Position numbers and translations under genes: made by a program. From contig JAPDFW010000081.1 of NCBI GenBank assembly GCA_028826165.1, forward strand, positions 434,001 to 498,000: DNA of 64,000 nt. The letters are read 5' to 3'. The stretch comes from Anaeramoeba ignava BMAN. Its lineage: Eukaryota > Protista > Anaeramoebae. Below are positions 51,576-63,022 of this stretch, one piece after another (the stretch's first letter is position 1; each line of letters begins with the position of its first letter). The notes under the pieces were generated by a model. That model made no database searches and was not told the DNA's origin. It saw only the letters and a list, made by a program, of their open reading frames with translations.

Positions 51576-54500
51576 TTAATTTAAATTTAATTTAATTTTT
51601 TTCTTATTTTTATTTTTTAAAATATTATTTATTTAAATATAAATATTTTTTATTTATTTAAATTAAATTTTAAAATATTTATTTAATTTATATTAATATA
51701 TTTTAATAATTTTATATTAATATTTATTTATAAATTTATTTAAAATATATTTTTATATAAAAATAAATTAAATTAATATTTATTTTAAATATATATAAAA
51801 TATTTATATAAAAATTAATTAAAATATTTTTATTAAATTTTAAAATATTTTTTTTTATTTTTTAATTTATATTATTTAATTTTTTAATAATTTTATATTA
51901 ATTAAATTTATTAAATAAATTTATATTAATTTATTAAAATATATTTAATTAATTTAATTTAAATTTAATTTTTTTCTTATTTTTATTTTTTAAAAATATT
52001 ATTTTTATTTTTAAAAAATTAATTTTTAAAATTTTTATTTATTTAATTTATATTAATAATTTTAATAATTTTATATTAATATTTATTTATAAATTTATTC
52101 AAAATATATTTTATATAAAAATAATTAAATTAATTAAATTAAATATATATTAAAATATTTATATAAAATTAATTAAAATATTTTATTCCACTTTTTATTT
52201 AATTAATTTATATTATTAATATTTTAATAATATTATATTAATATTTATTTATAAATTTATTCCATTTTTTAACTTAAAATATTTAATTTAAAATTTAAAA
52301 ATTTTAATTTTTATTTATTTAATAAATTTTATTTTATTTTTAAAAAATATTATTTATTTAAATATAAATATTATTTAAATTTAATTTATATTAATAAATT
52401 TAATATTATATTAATATTTATTTATAAATTTATTCAAAATATATTTTATATAAAAAATAATTAAATTAATTAAATTAGTAAATATATAAATATAATTAAA
52501 ATATTTTTAAATAAAATTTAATTAAAATATTTTATTCCACTTTTTATTTAATTAATTTATATTATTTTTTAATATTATATTAAATTTATTTTTATTTTTA
52601 TTTTTAAAATATTATTTATTTAAATATAAATATTTTTTATTTATTTAATTTATATATTAATAAATTTATAATAATATTTAATTTTAAAATTTATTCAAAT
52701 ATTAATTTTTTCTTATTTTTAAATTTTTAAAAAATTAATTAAAATTTTTTTTAACTTTTTTTTTTATATTTTTTATTTTTAATATTTATTTATAAATTTA
52801 TTCCATTTTGCTATTAGGCTCTTAATTTTAAATTTTAATTTAATTTTTTTCTTATTTTTATTTTAAAAAATTTTATTTTATAAATATTTTTATTTATTTA
52901 ATTTATATTATTAATTTTAATAATATTATATTAATATTTATTTATAAATTTATTTAAAAATATATTTTATATAAAAAATAATTAAATTAATTAAATTAAA
53001 TATATATTAAATATTTAAATAAAATTAATTAAAATATTTTATTCCACTTTTTTATTTAATTAATTTATATTAATAATTTTAATAATATTATATTAATATT
53101 CATTTATAAATTTATTCCATTTGTGCTATATTTTAATTTTAATTTAATTTTTTTTTTTATAAAATATTAAATTTAAATTTAATTTTTTCTTATTTTTATT
53201 TTTTTAAAATATTATATTATTTATTTTAAATTTATTATAAATATTTTTATTTAAAAATAATTAATTTAATTAAATTTATATATATTAAATATTTTAATAT
53301 TAAAATATTATATTAATATTTATTTATAAATTTATTATTATATTAAATATATAAATTTATTAAAAATATTTAATAAAAAAAATAATTAAATTAATTAAAT
53401 ATATATTAAATATTTAAATAAAATTAATTAAAATATTTTATTCCACTTTTTATTTAATTAATTTAAAATTAATTAATATTTATTTATAAATTTATTCCAG
53501 GCTCTTAATTTTAAAATTTTTATTTTTTTATTTTTATTTTTAAAAATATTATTTATTTAAATTAAATTTTAAAATATTTATTTAATTTATATTAATATTT
53601 TTAATATTATATTAATATTTATTTATAAATTTATTTAAAAAATATTTTATATAAAAATAATTAAATTAATTAAATTAAATATATATTAAATATTTAAATA
53701 AAATTAATTAAAATATTTTTATTCCACTTTTTATTTAATTAATTTATATTAATAAATTTTAATAATATTATATTAATATTTATTTATAAATTTATTCCAT
53801 TTGTGCTTTATAGGCTCTTAATTTAAATTTAAATTTAATTTTTTTCTTATTTTTATTTTTAAAAATATTATTTATTTAAATTAAATTTTAAAATATTTAT
53901 TTAATTTATATTAATATTTTTAATAATATTATATTAATATTTATTTTATAAATTTATTCTAAAATATATTTTATATAAAAATAATTAAATTAATTAAATT
54001 AAATATATATATTAAATATTTAAATAAAATTAATTAAAATATTTTATTCCACTTTTTATTTAATTAATTTATATTAATATTTTTAATAATATTATATTAA
54101 TATTTATTTTATAAATTTATACCATTTGTGCTAATTAAATTAATTTAAAATTAAATTTAATTTTTAAATTTTTTTTATTTTTTAAAAATTATTTTTTATT
54201 TATTTAATTTATAAATATTTTAAAATATTATATTTAATATTTATTTTAAATTTATTAAAAATATTTTTTTTAATATATAATTTATTAAATAAAATTAAAT
54301 ATATTAAAATATTTATTTATTTTAATATTTATTTTATTTTTATTAAAATATTTTTATTTTAATTTATATTTAAAATATTTTTTAATTTTATTTTAATTTT
54401 TAAAATTATTTATAAAAATAATTTATTTAAAAATAATTAAATATATATTAAATATTTATATAAAATTAATTAAAATATTTTATTCCACTTTTTTATTTAA

Positions 54501-55799
54501 TTAATTTAATTTATTTATTAATTTTATTTAAATTTAATAATATTATATTAATATTTATTTATAAATTTATTTAAATTTTTATATAAAAATATTTATTTTA
54601 ATTAAATTTAATTTAAATTTTATTTTTTTATTTAATTTTTTATTTTTAAAAATATTATTTAATATAAAATATAAATATTTTTATTTATTTATTTTTATAT
54701 TTTATTTTTAAAAAAATTTTAATAATTTTATTATATTAATATTTTTATTTATAAATTTTATAAATTTATTTTTATATTTTATATAAAAATAATTAATTTA
54801 ATTAAAATTAAATATATATTAAATTTTTTTATTTAAAATTAATTAAAAATATTTTATTCAAAATTTTTTTATTTAATAAATTTATATTAATATATTTTAA
54901 TTTTAATATTATATTAATATTTATTTATAAATTTATACTATTTATTTTTAATTTTTTTTTAATTTAATATATTAAAATAAAATATTAATTTAATTTTATT
55001 TTAAATTTAATTTAAAAATTTTTATTTTATTTTTAAAAATATTTTATTTATTTAAATTATTAAAATTTTAAAAATATTTTATTTTTTTTAATTTATATTA
55101 ATAATTTTAATAATATTATATTAATATTTATTTATAAATTTATTTAAAATATATTTTATATAAAAAATAATTAAATTAATTAAATTAAATATATATTAAT
55201 TATTTAAAATAAAATTAATTAAAATTTTTATTCCACTTTTAATTTATATTAATAATTTTAATAATATTATATTAATATTTATTTATAAATTTATTCCATT
55301 TGTGCTATAGGCTCTTAATTTAAATTTAATTTAATTTTTTTTCTTATTTTTATTTTTTAAAAATATTATTTATTTAAATTAAATTTTAAAATATTTATTT
55401 AATTTATATTAATAATTTTTAATAATATTATATTAATATTTATTTATAAATTTATTCTAAATATATTTTATATAAAAAATAATTAAATTAATTAAATTAA
55501 ATATATATTAAATATTTATATAAAATTAATTAAAATATTTTATTCCACTTTTTTATTTAATTAATTTATATTAATAAATTTAATAATATTATATTAATAT
55601 TTATTTATAAATTTATTTAAAATATATTTTATATAAAAAATAATTAAATTAATTAAATTAAATATATATATTAAATATTTAAATAAAATTAATTAAAATA
55701 TTTTATTCCACTTTTTTATTTAATTAATTTATATTAATATTTTTAATAATATTATATTATTATTTATAAATAAATTTATTCCATTTGTGCTATAGGCTC
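51557..55799 (-). repeat. ~300-bp-unit degenerate tandem array whose units include tRNA-Trp nt 1-19
   Basis: CCATTTGTGCTATAGGCTC is perfect at 55296-55314 and 55781-55799 and partial near 52803, 53117, 53497, 53797 and 54122; TATTCCACTTTT and shared AT sub-repeats recur in the units. Confidence 0.85.
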
Positions 55800-55854
55800 T
55801 TTATTTAAAATTTAATTTAAAATCAAAATTAAAATTAAAATTCCAAAAAATTTT

Positions 55855-55896
55855 TTTTCATTTTTTCATTTTTTTTCATTTTTTTTCTTTTCAAAA
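55855..55896 (+). promoter_or_regulatory. Tandem TCATTTT initiator-like motifs, conserved upstream of all three RCC1-BTB copies and the kinase (also ~58020, ~60236, ~62065)
   Basis: TTTTTCATTTTTT..CTTTT(C/T)AAAAATG recurs at each start. Confidence 0.6.
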
Positions 55897-57702
55897 ATGA
55901 ATGATTGTTTATTTTTTGGTTTAAATGAAGAGCCAATTTGTTTCAAAAATAAACCAGATAGAATAACAAAACCAATTCAATTTAAATTTAAAAATGAAAA
56001 TGAAAATGAAAATGAAAATGAAAATGAAAATGAAAATGAAAATGAAAAACAAATTAAACAAATTTCATCAAGTTTATTTTCAACAATTTTCCTTTTTAAA
56101 AATGGAAAAGCAATAGAATATTTAAAAGGAAAAGATTCAAAACAAAATCCTTCAAAAATTCAAATTGAAGAAAATATTCAAAAAGTAACTGTTGGTTTTG
56201 ATAATGAAGCTATTTTAACAACAGAAGGAAATGTATTTGCCAAAGGATATGATATTAATTCAAAAAATCCAAATGAATTTATCAATATTTCATCATTAAT
56301 TGAAGATACAAATGATAGAATAATTCAAGATATTGCTTCTGGAAAAAGTTCGATTTACTTATTAACTTCAAATCAAAATGTTTATGGAATTGGTTCAAAT
56401 CAATTTGGTCAACTTGGCTTTGATTATGAAGAACTTGATATAATACAAAAACCAATTTTAATGATGAAAAATGTTTCTAAAATATTTTCAGGAAATTGCT
56501 GCGATTTTATTTTTCTTTTAAATTCAAATCAAGAATTATTTGGATGTGGATATAATGATTATGGTCAACTTGGATTAGGAGAAAAAGTGATAAAAGGAAA
56601 AAGAACCAAAAAATTAACCAAAATAAAAAAGATTCCAAAAGGTAAAATAATTGATATTCAATGTGGAGCTACTCATTCAATAATGTTGATTGAAAATGAA
56701 GATGAAAATCCAAAAAGAAAACTTTATTCATGTGGAAATCATCAATATAATGGACTTGGCAAATATAAATTTACTTATGAATTTACTGAAATCAAATCAT
56801 CTTTATTTGAAAATGATGATAATATTCTTGATATTTCTTGTGGAGATTCTCATACTTTGATTTTAACTTCAAATTCAAAATTAATTGGATTTGGAAATAA
56901 TTATTCTGGTCAATTAGGAATTGAAGATACAGAAAATCAATTAATTCCAATTCAAATTGAACTTCCTAAATTAAGATTTAATGAAGAAATTTATAATTAT
57001 CGTGTTTCTTGTGGAGTTGACAGTTCATTTCTTTATTATTCTTCTCCTTCTTTTTCTAATCTTGAAGAAGATTTGATAAAATTATTTGAAAGAAAAGAAT
57101 TTTGCAATATTTCATTTAAAACCAAAAATGGAGAAATAATCAAAGCTCATAAATTAATATTGAAATATAGATTAAAAGATTATGAAAATCAAATTGAAAA
57201 ACTTCAAGAAACTATTTCAAAAAAATCAATTAAAGAATCCAATCAAATATTTGAAATGATTTATTCAAACAATTCCAAAATAAATCCAAAATTATATTCT
57301 GAAATTAAAGAAATTATAAATTCCAATGAAAAAATTGAAGAAACAATGAAAAGAATTTATTTAAATGAAAATGAAAATGAAAAAGATTTTATTATTGAAA
57401 GAAAAGAAAAACAATATAAATTTCCTAAATTAATATTAATAATGAGAAGTGAATTATATCGAGGAATGTTTTTATCTGTAACAGAAGATACTTCTAATAA
57501 AGTTACAGATTATAGTGAATTAAGTAATAAATCATTTCAAATATTTGAATATTGGATTTATTCAAATCAAATTAAAGATGGAATTGAAATTACACAAGAA
57601 ATCATTAATGAACTTGAAATTGGAATTGATTATTTTCAATTAAATCAAACAAATCCAAATTTATTTGATTTATTAATTAAAAAATTTAATCATCAAAATT
57701 AA
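55897..57702 (+). CDS. Intronless RCC1-repeat plus tandem BTB protein, copy 1 (intact, 601 aa)
   Basis: GxNxxGQLG and CGxxHS/T RCC1 blades; FCNISF..AHKLILKYR and KDFII..FPKLILIMRSELYRGMF BTB domains. Confidence 0.92.
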   Translation: MNDCLFFGLNEEPICFKNKPDRITKPIQFKFKNENENENENENENENENEKQIKQISSSLFSTIFLFKNGKAIEYLKGKDSKQNPSKIQIEENIQKVTVGFDNEAILTTEGNVFAKGYDINSKNPNEFINISSLIEDTNDRIIQDIASGKSSIYLLTSNQNVYGIGSNQFGQLGFDYEELDIIQKPILMMKNVSKIFSGNCCDFIFLLNSNQELFGCGYNDYGQLGLGEKVIKGKRTKKLTKIKKIPKGKIIDIQCGATHSIMLIENEDENPKRKLYSCGNHQYNGLGKYKFTYEFTEIKSSLFENDDNILDISCGDSHTLILTSNSKLIGFGNNYSGQLGIEDTENQLIPIQIELPKLRFNEEIYNYRVSCGVDSSFLYYSSPSFSNLEEDLIKLFERKEFCNISFKTKNGEIIKAHKLILKYRLKDYENQIEKLQETISKKSIKESNQIFEMIYSNNSKINPKLYSEIKEIINSNEKIEETMKRIYLNENENEKDFIIERKEKQYKFPKLILIMRSELYRGMFLSVTEDTSNKVTDYSELSNKSFQIFEYWIYSNQIKDGIEITQEIINELEIGIDYFQLNQTNPNLFDLLIKKFNHQN

Positions 57703-58010
57703 AATTAAAATTAAAATCAAATTTAAAATTAAAATTAAAATTAAAATCAAAATTAAAATTAAAATTCAAAATTAAAATTAAAATCAAATTTAAAATTAAA
57801 ATTAAAATTAAAATTAAAATTAAAATTAAAATTAAAATTAAAATTAAAATTAAAATTAAAATTAAAAATCAAAATTAAAAATCAAAAATAAAAATCAAAA
57901 TTAAAATTAAAATTAAAATTAAAATTAAAATTAAAATTAAAATTAAAATTAAAATTAAAATTAAAATTAAAATTAAAATTAAAATTAAAATCAAAATCAA
58001 AATTAAAATT
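57700..58010. repeat. (AAAATT/AAAATC)n spacer between RCC1-BTB copies (also 59822-60230)
   Basis: Direct observation. Confidence 0.9.
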
Positions 58011-58056
58011 CCAAAAATTTTTTTTTCATTTTTTTCATTTTTTTTCTTTTCAAAAA

Positions 58057-59824
58057 ATGAATGAAATTTTATTTTTTGGTTTAAATAATTATCCAAAATT
58101 TATCAAAAATGAACCAGATAGAATAACAAAACCAATTCAATTTAAATTTGAAAATGAAAATGAAAATGAAAATGAAAATGAAAATGAAAAACAAATTAAA
58201 CAAATTTCATCAAGTGAATTTTCAACAATTTTCCTTTTTAAAAATGGAAAAGCAATAAAATACTTAAAAGAAAATGATTCAAATCAAAATCCTCAAAAAA
58301 TCCAAATTGAAAATATTCAAAAAGTAACTGTTGGTTATGAAAATGAAGCTATTTTAACAATAGAAGGAAATGTATTTGCAAAAGGAAAATATATTAATTC
58401 AAAAAATCCAAAAGAATTTATCAATATTTCATCATTAATTGAAGATAAAAATGATAGAATAATTCAAGATATTGTTTGCTCTGCTTATTCAATTTACTTA
58501 TTAACTTCAAATCAAAATGTTTATGGAATTGGTTTAAATCAATTTGGCCAACTTGGTTTAGATTATGAAACACTTAAAAAAACAGAAAAACCAATTTTAA
58601 TGATGAAAAATGTTTCTAAAATATTTTCAGGAACTGATTCACTTCATATTTTTCTTTTAAATTCAAATCAAGAATTATTTGGATGCGGATATAATGAATA
58701 CGGTCAAATTGGATTAGGAGAATCAAGAGCAGAAACAAAAATCCAAAAATTAACTAAAATCCAAAATATTTCAAAAGGTAAAATAATTGATATTAAATGT
58801 GGGTTTACTCATTCAATAATGTTGATTGAAAATGAAAATCAAAATCCAAAAAGAAAACTTTATTCATGTGGACACAATAGATATAATGGACTTGGAAAAA
58901 ATAGAAGTACTTGTGAATTTACTGAAATCAAATCATCTTTATTTGAAAATGATGATAATATTCTTGATATTTCTTGTGGAAATTTTCATACTTTGATTTT
59001 AACATCTAAATCAAAATTAATTGGATTTGGAGATAATTATTCTGGCTCAATTAGGAAATGCAAATACAGATGATGGATTCAAACCAATTCAAATTGAACT
59101 TCCTAAATTAAGATTTAATGAAAATATTTCCAATTATCATGTTTCTTGTGGATATCGAAAATCATTTATTTATTATTCTCTTTCTTCTTTTTCCAATCTT
59201 GAAGAAGATTTGATAAAATTATTTGAAAGAAAAGAATTTTGTAATATTTCATTTAAAACCAGAAAATGGAGAAATAATCGAAGCTCATAAATTAATATTG
59301 AAATATAGATTAAAAGATTATGAAAATCAAATTGAAAAACTTCAAGAAATTATTTCAAAAAATCAATTAAAGAATCAAATCAAATATTTGAAATGATTTA
59401 TTCAAACAGAATAATAAATCCAAAATTATATTCTGAAATTAAAGAAATTATAAATTCAAATGAAAAAATTGAAGAAACAATGAAAAGAATTTATTTAAAT
59501 GAAAATGAAAAAGATTTTATAATTGAAAGAAAAGAAAACCAATATAAATTTCCAAAATTAATATTAATAATGAGAAGTGAATTATATCGAGGAATGTTTT
59601 TATCTGTAACTGAAGATAAATCTAATAAAGTTACAGATTATAGTGAATTAAGTAATAAATCATTTCAAATATTAGAATATTGGATTTATTCAAATCAAAT
59701 TAAAAATGAAATTCAAATTACACAAGAAATCATTAATGAAATTAAAATTGGAATTGATTATTTTCAATTAAATCAAACAAATCCAAATTTATTTGATTTA
59801 TTAATTAACAAATTTAATAATTAA
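58057..59824 (+). CDS. RCC1-BTB copy 2; apparent indels near 59046, 59262 and 59360 (errors or recent pseudogene)
   Basis: Colinear with copy 1 over its full length. Confidence 0.85.
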
Positions 59825-60273
59825 AATCAAAATTAAAATTCATTTATAAAATTAAAATTAAAATTAAAATTAAAATCAAAATCAAAATCAAAATCAAAAT
59901 CAAAATTAAAATCAAAATCAAAATCAAATTTAAAATTAAAATCAAAATTTAAATTAAAATCAAACAAATCCAAATTTATTTGATTTATTAATTATCAAAA
60001 TTAAAATTAAAATCAAAATTAAAATTAAAATTAAAATTAAAATTAAAATCAAAATTAAAATTAAAATCAAAATCAAAATTAAAATTAAAACTAAAATTAA
60101 AATTAAAATTAAAACTAAAATTAAAATTAAAATTAAAATTAAAATCAAAATCAAAATTAATATTAAAATCAAAATCAAAATCAAAATCTAAATCAAAATC
60201 AAAATTAAAATCAAAATCAAAATTAAAATTTCAAAAATCATTTTTCATTTTTTTCATTTTTTCCTTTTTAAAA

Positions 60274-62055
60274 ATGAATGAAATTTTATTTTTTGGTTTA
60301 AATAATTTTCCAATTATTTTCAAAAATGAACCAAATGCAATAACAAAACCAATTCAATTTAAATTTGAAAATGAAAATGAAAATGAAAAACAAATTAAAC
60401 AAATTTCATCAAGTTATTTTTCAACAATTTTCCTTTTTAAAAATGGAAAAGCAATAGAATATTTAAATGAAAATGATTCAAAACAAAATCCTTCAAAAAT
60501 CCAAATTAAAAATATTCAAAAAGTAACTGTTGGTTATCAAAATGAAGCTATTTTAACAAAAGAAGGAAATGTATTTGCCAAAGGATATGATATTAATTCA
60601 AATAATCCAAAAGAATTTATCAATATTTCATCATTAATTAAAGATCCAAATAATAGAATAATTGAAGATATTGTTTCTGGATCTAATTCAATTTATTTAT
60701 TAACTTCAAATCAAAATGCTTATGGAATTGGTTTAAATCAATTTGGCCAGCTTGGTTTAGATTATGAAACACTTAAAAAAACAAAAAAACCAATTTTAAT
60801 GATGAAAAATGTTTCTAAAATATTTTCAGGAACTGATTCACTTCATGTTTTTCTTTTGAATTCAAATCAAGAATTATTTGGATGCGGTGATAATGAATAT
60901 GGTCAACTTGGATTAGGAGAATCAATAAATGAAATAAAAATCCGAAAATTAACCAAAATCCAAAATATTCCAAAAGGTAAAATAATTGATATTCAATGTG
61001 GATCTTTTCATTCAATAATGTTGATTGAAGATGAAAATCAAAATCAAAATCAAAATTCAAAAAGAAAACTTTATTCATGTGGACACAATAGATATAATGG
61101 ACTTGGCAAATATGAAGATACTTGTGAATTTACTGAAATCAAATCAACTTTATTTGAAAATGATGATAATATTCTTGGTTTTTCTGTTGGAAATGTTCAT
61201 ACTTTGATTTTAACATTCCAAATCAAAATTAATTGGATTTGGAGATAATTATTCTGCTCAATTAGGAAATGCAAATACAGATGATGGATTCAAACCAATT
61301 CAAATTGAACTTCCTAAATTAAGATTTAATGAAGAAATTTCTAATTATCATGTTTCTTGTGGATATCGAAAATCATTTCTTTATTATTCTCTTTCTTCTT
61401 TTTCCAATCTTGAAGAAGATTTGATAAAATTATTTAAAAGAAAAGAATTTTGTGATATTTCATTTAAAACCAAAAATGGAGAAATAATTGAAGCTCATAA
61501 ATTAATATTGAAATATAGATTAAAAGATTATGAAAATCAAATTGAAAAACTTCAAGAAATTATTTCAAAAAATCAATTAAAGAATCAAATCAAATATTTG
61601 AAATTATTTATTCAAACAATTCCAAAATAAATCCAAAATTATATTCTGAAATTAAAGAAATTATAAATTCAAATGAAAAAATTGAAGAAACAATGAAAAG
61701 AATTTATTTAAATGAAAATGAAAATGAAAATGAAAAAGATTTTATAATTGAAAGAAAAGAAAAGAAATATAAATTTCCTAAATTAATATTAATAATGAGA
61801 AGTGAATTATATCGAGGAATGTTTTTATCTGTAACAAATGATAAATCAAATAAAGTTACAGATTATAGTGAATTAAGTAATAAATCATTTCAAATATTTG
61901 AATATTGGATTTATTCAAATCAAATTAAAGATGAAATTGAAATTACACAAGAAATAATTAATGAATTAGAAACTGGAATTGATTATTTCCAATTAAATCA
62001 AACAAATCCAAATTTATTTGATTTATTAATTAAAAAATTTAATAATCAAAATTAA
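60274..62055 (+). CDS. RCC1-BTB copy 3; apparent indels near 61216 and 61570 (errors or recent pseudogene)
   Basis: Colinear with copy 1 over its full length. Confidence 0.85.
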
Positions 62056-62092
62056 AATCAAAATTTTTTTTTCATTTTTTTCTTTTTCAAAA

Positions 62093-63022
62093 ATGAATTT
62101 TTTATCTTTAAATGAATTTTATGAATTTCTTTCTTCTCAAAAGAAATTGGAAAAAACAAAACCAAAACTTAATAAAAATCATTTCCAAAAAGAAATATAT
62201 CAAACAAAAATTTCAAAACAAAAATTTTCAAATATTGAAATAATTAACCAAAAAGGTTATTATTCAACAATTTTAAGTGCTCAAAATTCAAAAGGAGAAT
62301 ATTTTGCAATCAAATTATATAAATCTCCTTCATTAAAAAATTATTCCAATTTTGAAAAAGAGAAAGAAGAAAATCAAAAAAAACCAAATTTAAAAGCTCA
62401 AATAATCAACCGTTTTATACAAGAAATCAATATTATAAACCATCTTGAGAAAAATCCAAATATTATCAAAATGATTGATTGGGGTTTGACTCAACCAAAT
62501 TTATATCCATTTATTGTTCTTCCTCTTTATCAAAATTCACTTTCCAAAAAATATCAAGAAAATCAATTAGATTTTTCTAGTTTTATTCTAAAAGGAGTAG
62601 AAACTTTGAAATTTATCCATTTCAATAATGTTATTCATCAAGATTTAAAAATTGATAATATTCTATTTGATTCATCAAGTAATTTGATATTATGTGATTG
62701 GAATTCTGCTTTGTTTTTTTCTGATGAAAATTTTGAAAAAATTTCTTTTCAAAAAGATTTAATTGGTTTTGGGAAAATTTTAGCGAGAATTATTTTAGGA
62801 AAAATCAAAGGAAAATTATCAATACAACAAATTAAAAATTCTCTAAAAAAAGTAGATGAAAAAAATATTAATAATAATCTTAATCAATCCAAAAATTTAT
62901 TGATTTGGAAAGATTTAATTTTTAAATTATTAAATATAACAAAATTTTATAATTTAAATGATTTGGAAAAATTTTATAAAGAAATTTTTGAAACTATCAA
63001 TGAAAAAAAAATGAAAAAATAA
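62093..63022 (+). CDS. Atypical protein kinase or pseudokinase, 309 aa
   Basis: FAIK (beta3 Lys), FIQEINII (alphaC Glu), IHQDLKIDNIL, LCDWNSA; no APE segment. Confidence 0.8.
   Translation: MNFLSLNEFYEFLSSQKKLEKTKPKLNKNHFQKEIYQTKISKQKFSNIEIINQKGYYSTILSAQNSKGEYFAIKLYKSPSLKNYSNFEKEKEENQKKPNLKAQIINRFIQEINIINHLEKNPNIIKMIDWGLTQPNLYPFIVLPLYQNSLSKKYQENQLDFSSFILKGVETLKFIHFNNVIHQDLKIDNILFDSSSNLILCDWNSALFFSDENFEKISFQKDLIGFGKILARIILGKIKGKLSIQQIKNSLKKVDEKNINNNLNQSKNLLIWKDLIFKLLNITKFYNLNDLEKFYKEIFETINEKKMKK

Noticed and set aside
51557-55799. CRISPR-like array or split/trans-spliced tRNA
   Set aside because: The sequence between the 19-nt heads is itself repeated rather than unique; there are no cas genes, no matching 3' tRNA halves and no complementary leaders; an intact tRNA is adjacent
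5369-62056. TAAA stop-coupled polyadenylation signal as in Trichomonas
   Set aside because: Many genes end TAA-A, but this is expected from base composition and cannot be supported without poly(A)-site data
617-63022. Inteins/Hint domains or autonomous transposon ORFs
   Set aside because: I recognised no Hint block motifs, homing endonuclease, reverse transcriptase or transposase motifs in any ORF; a profile search could still find divergent ones
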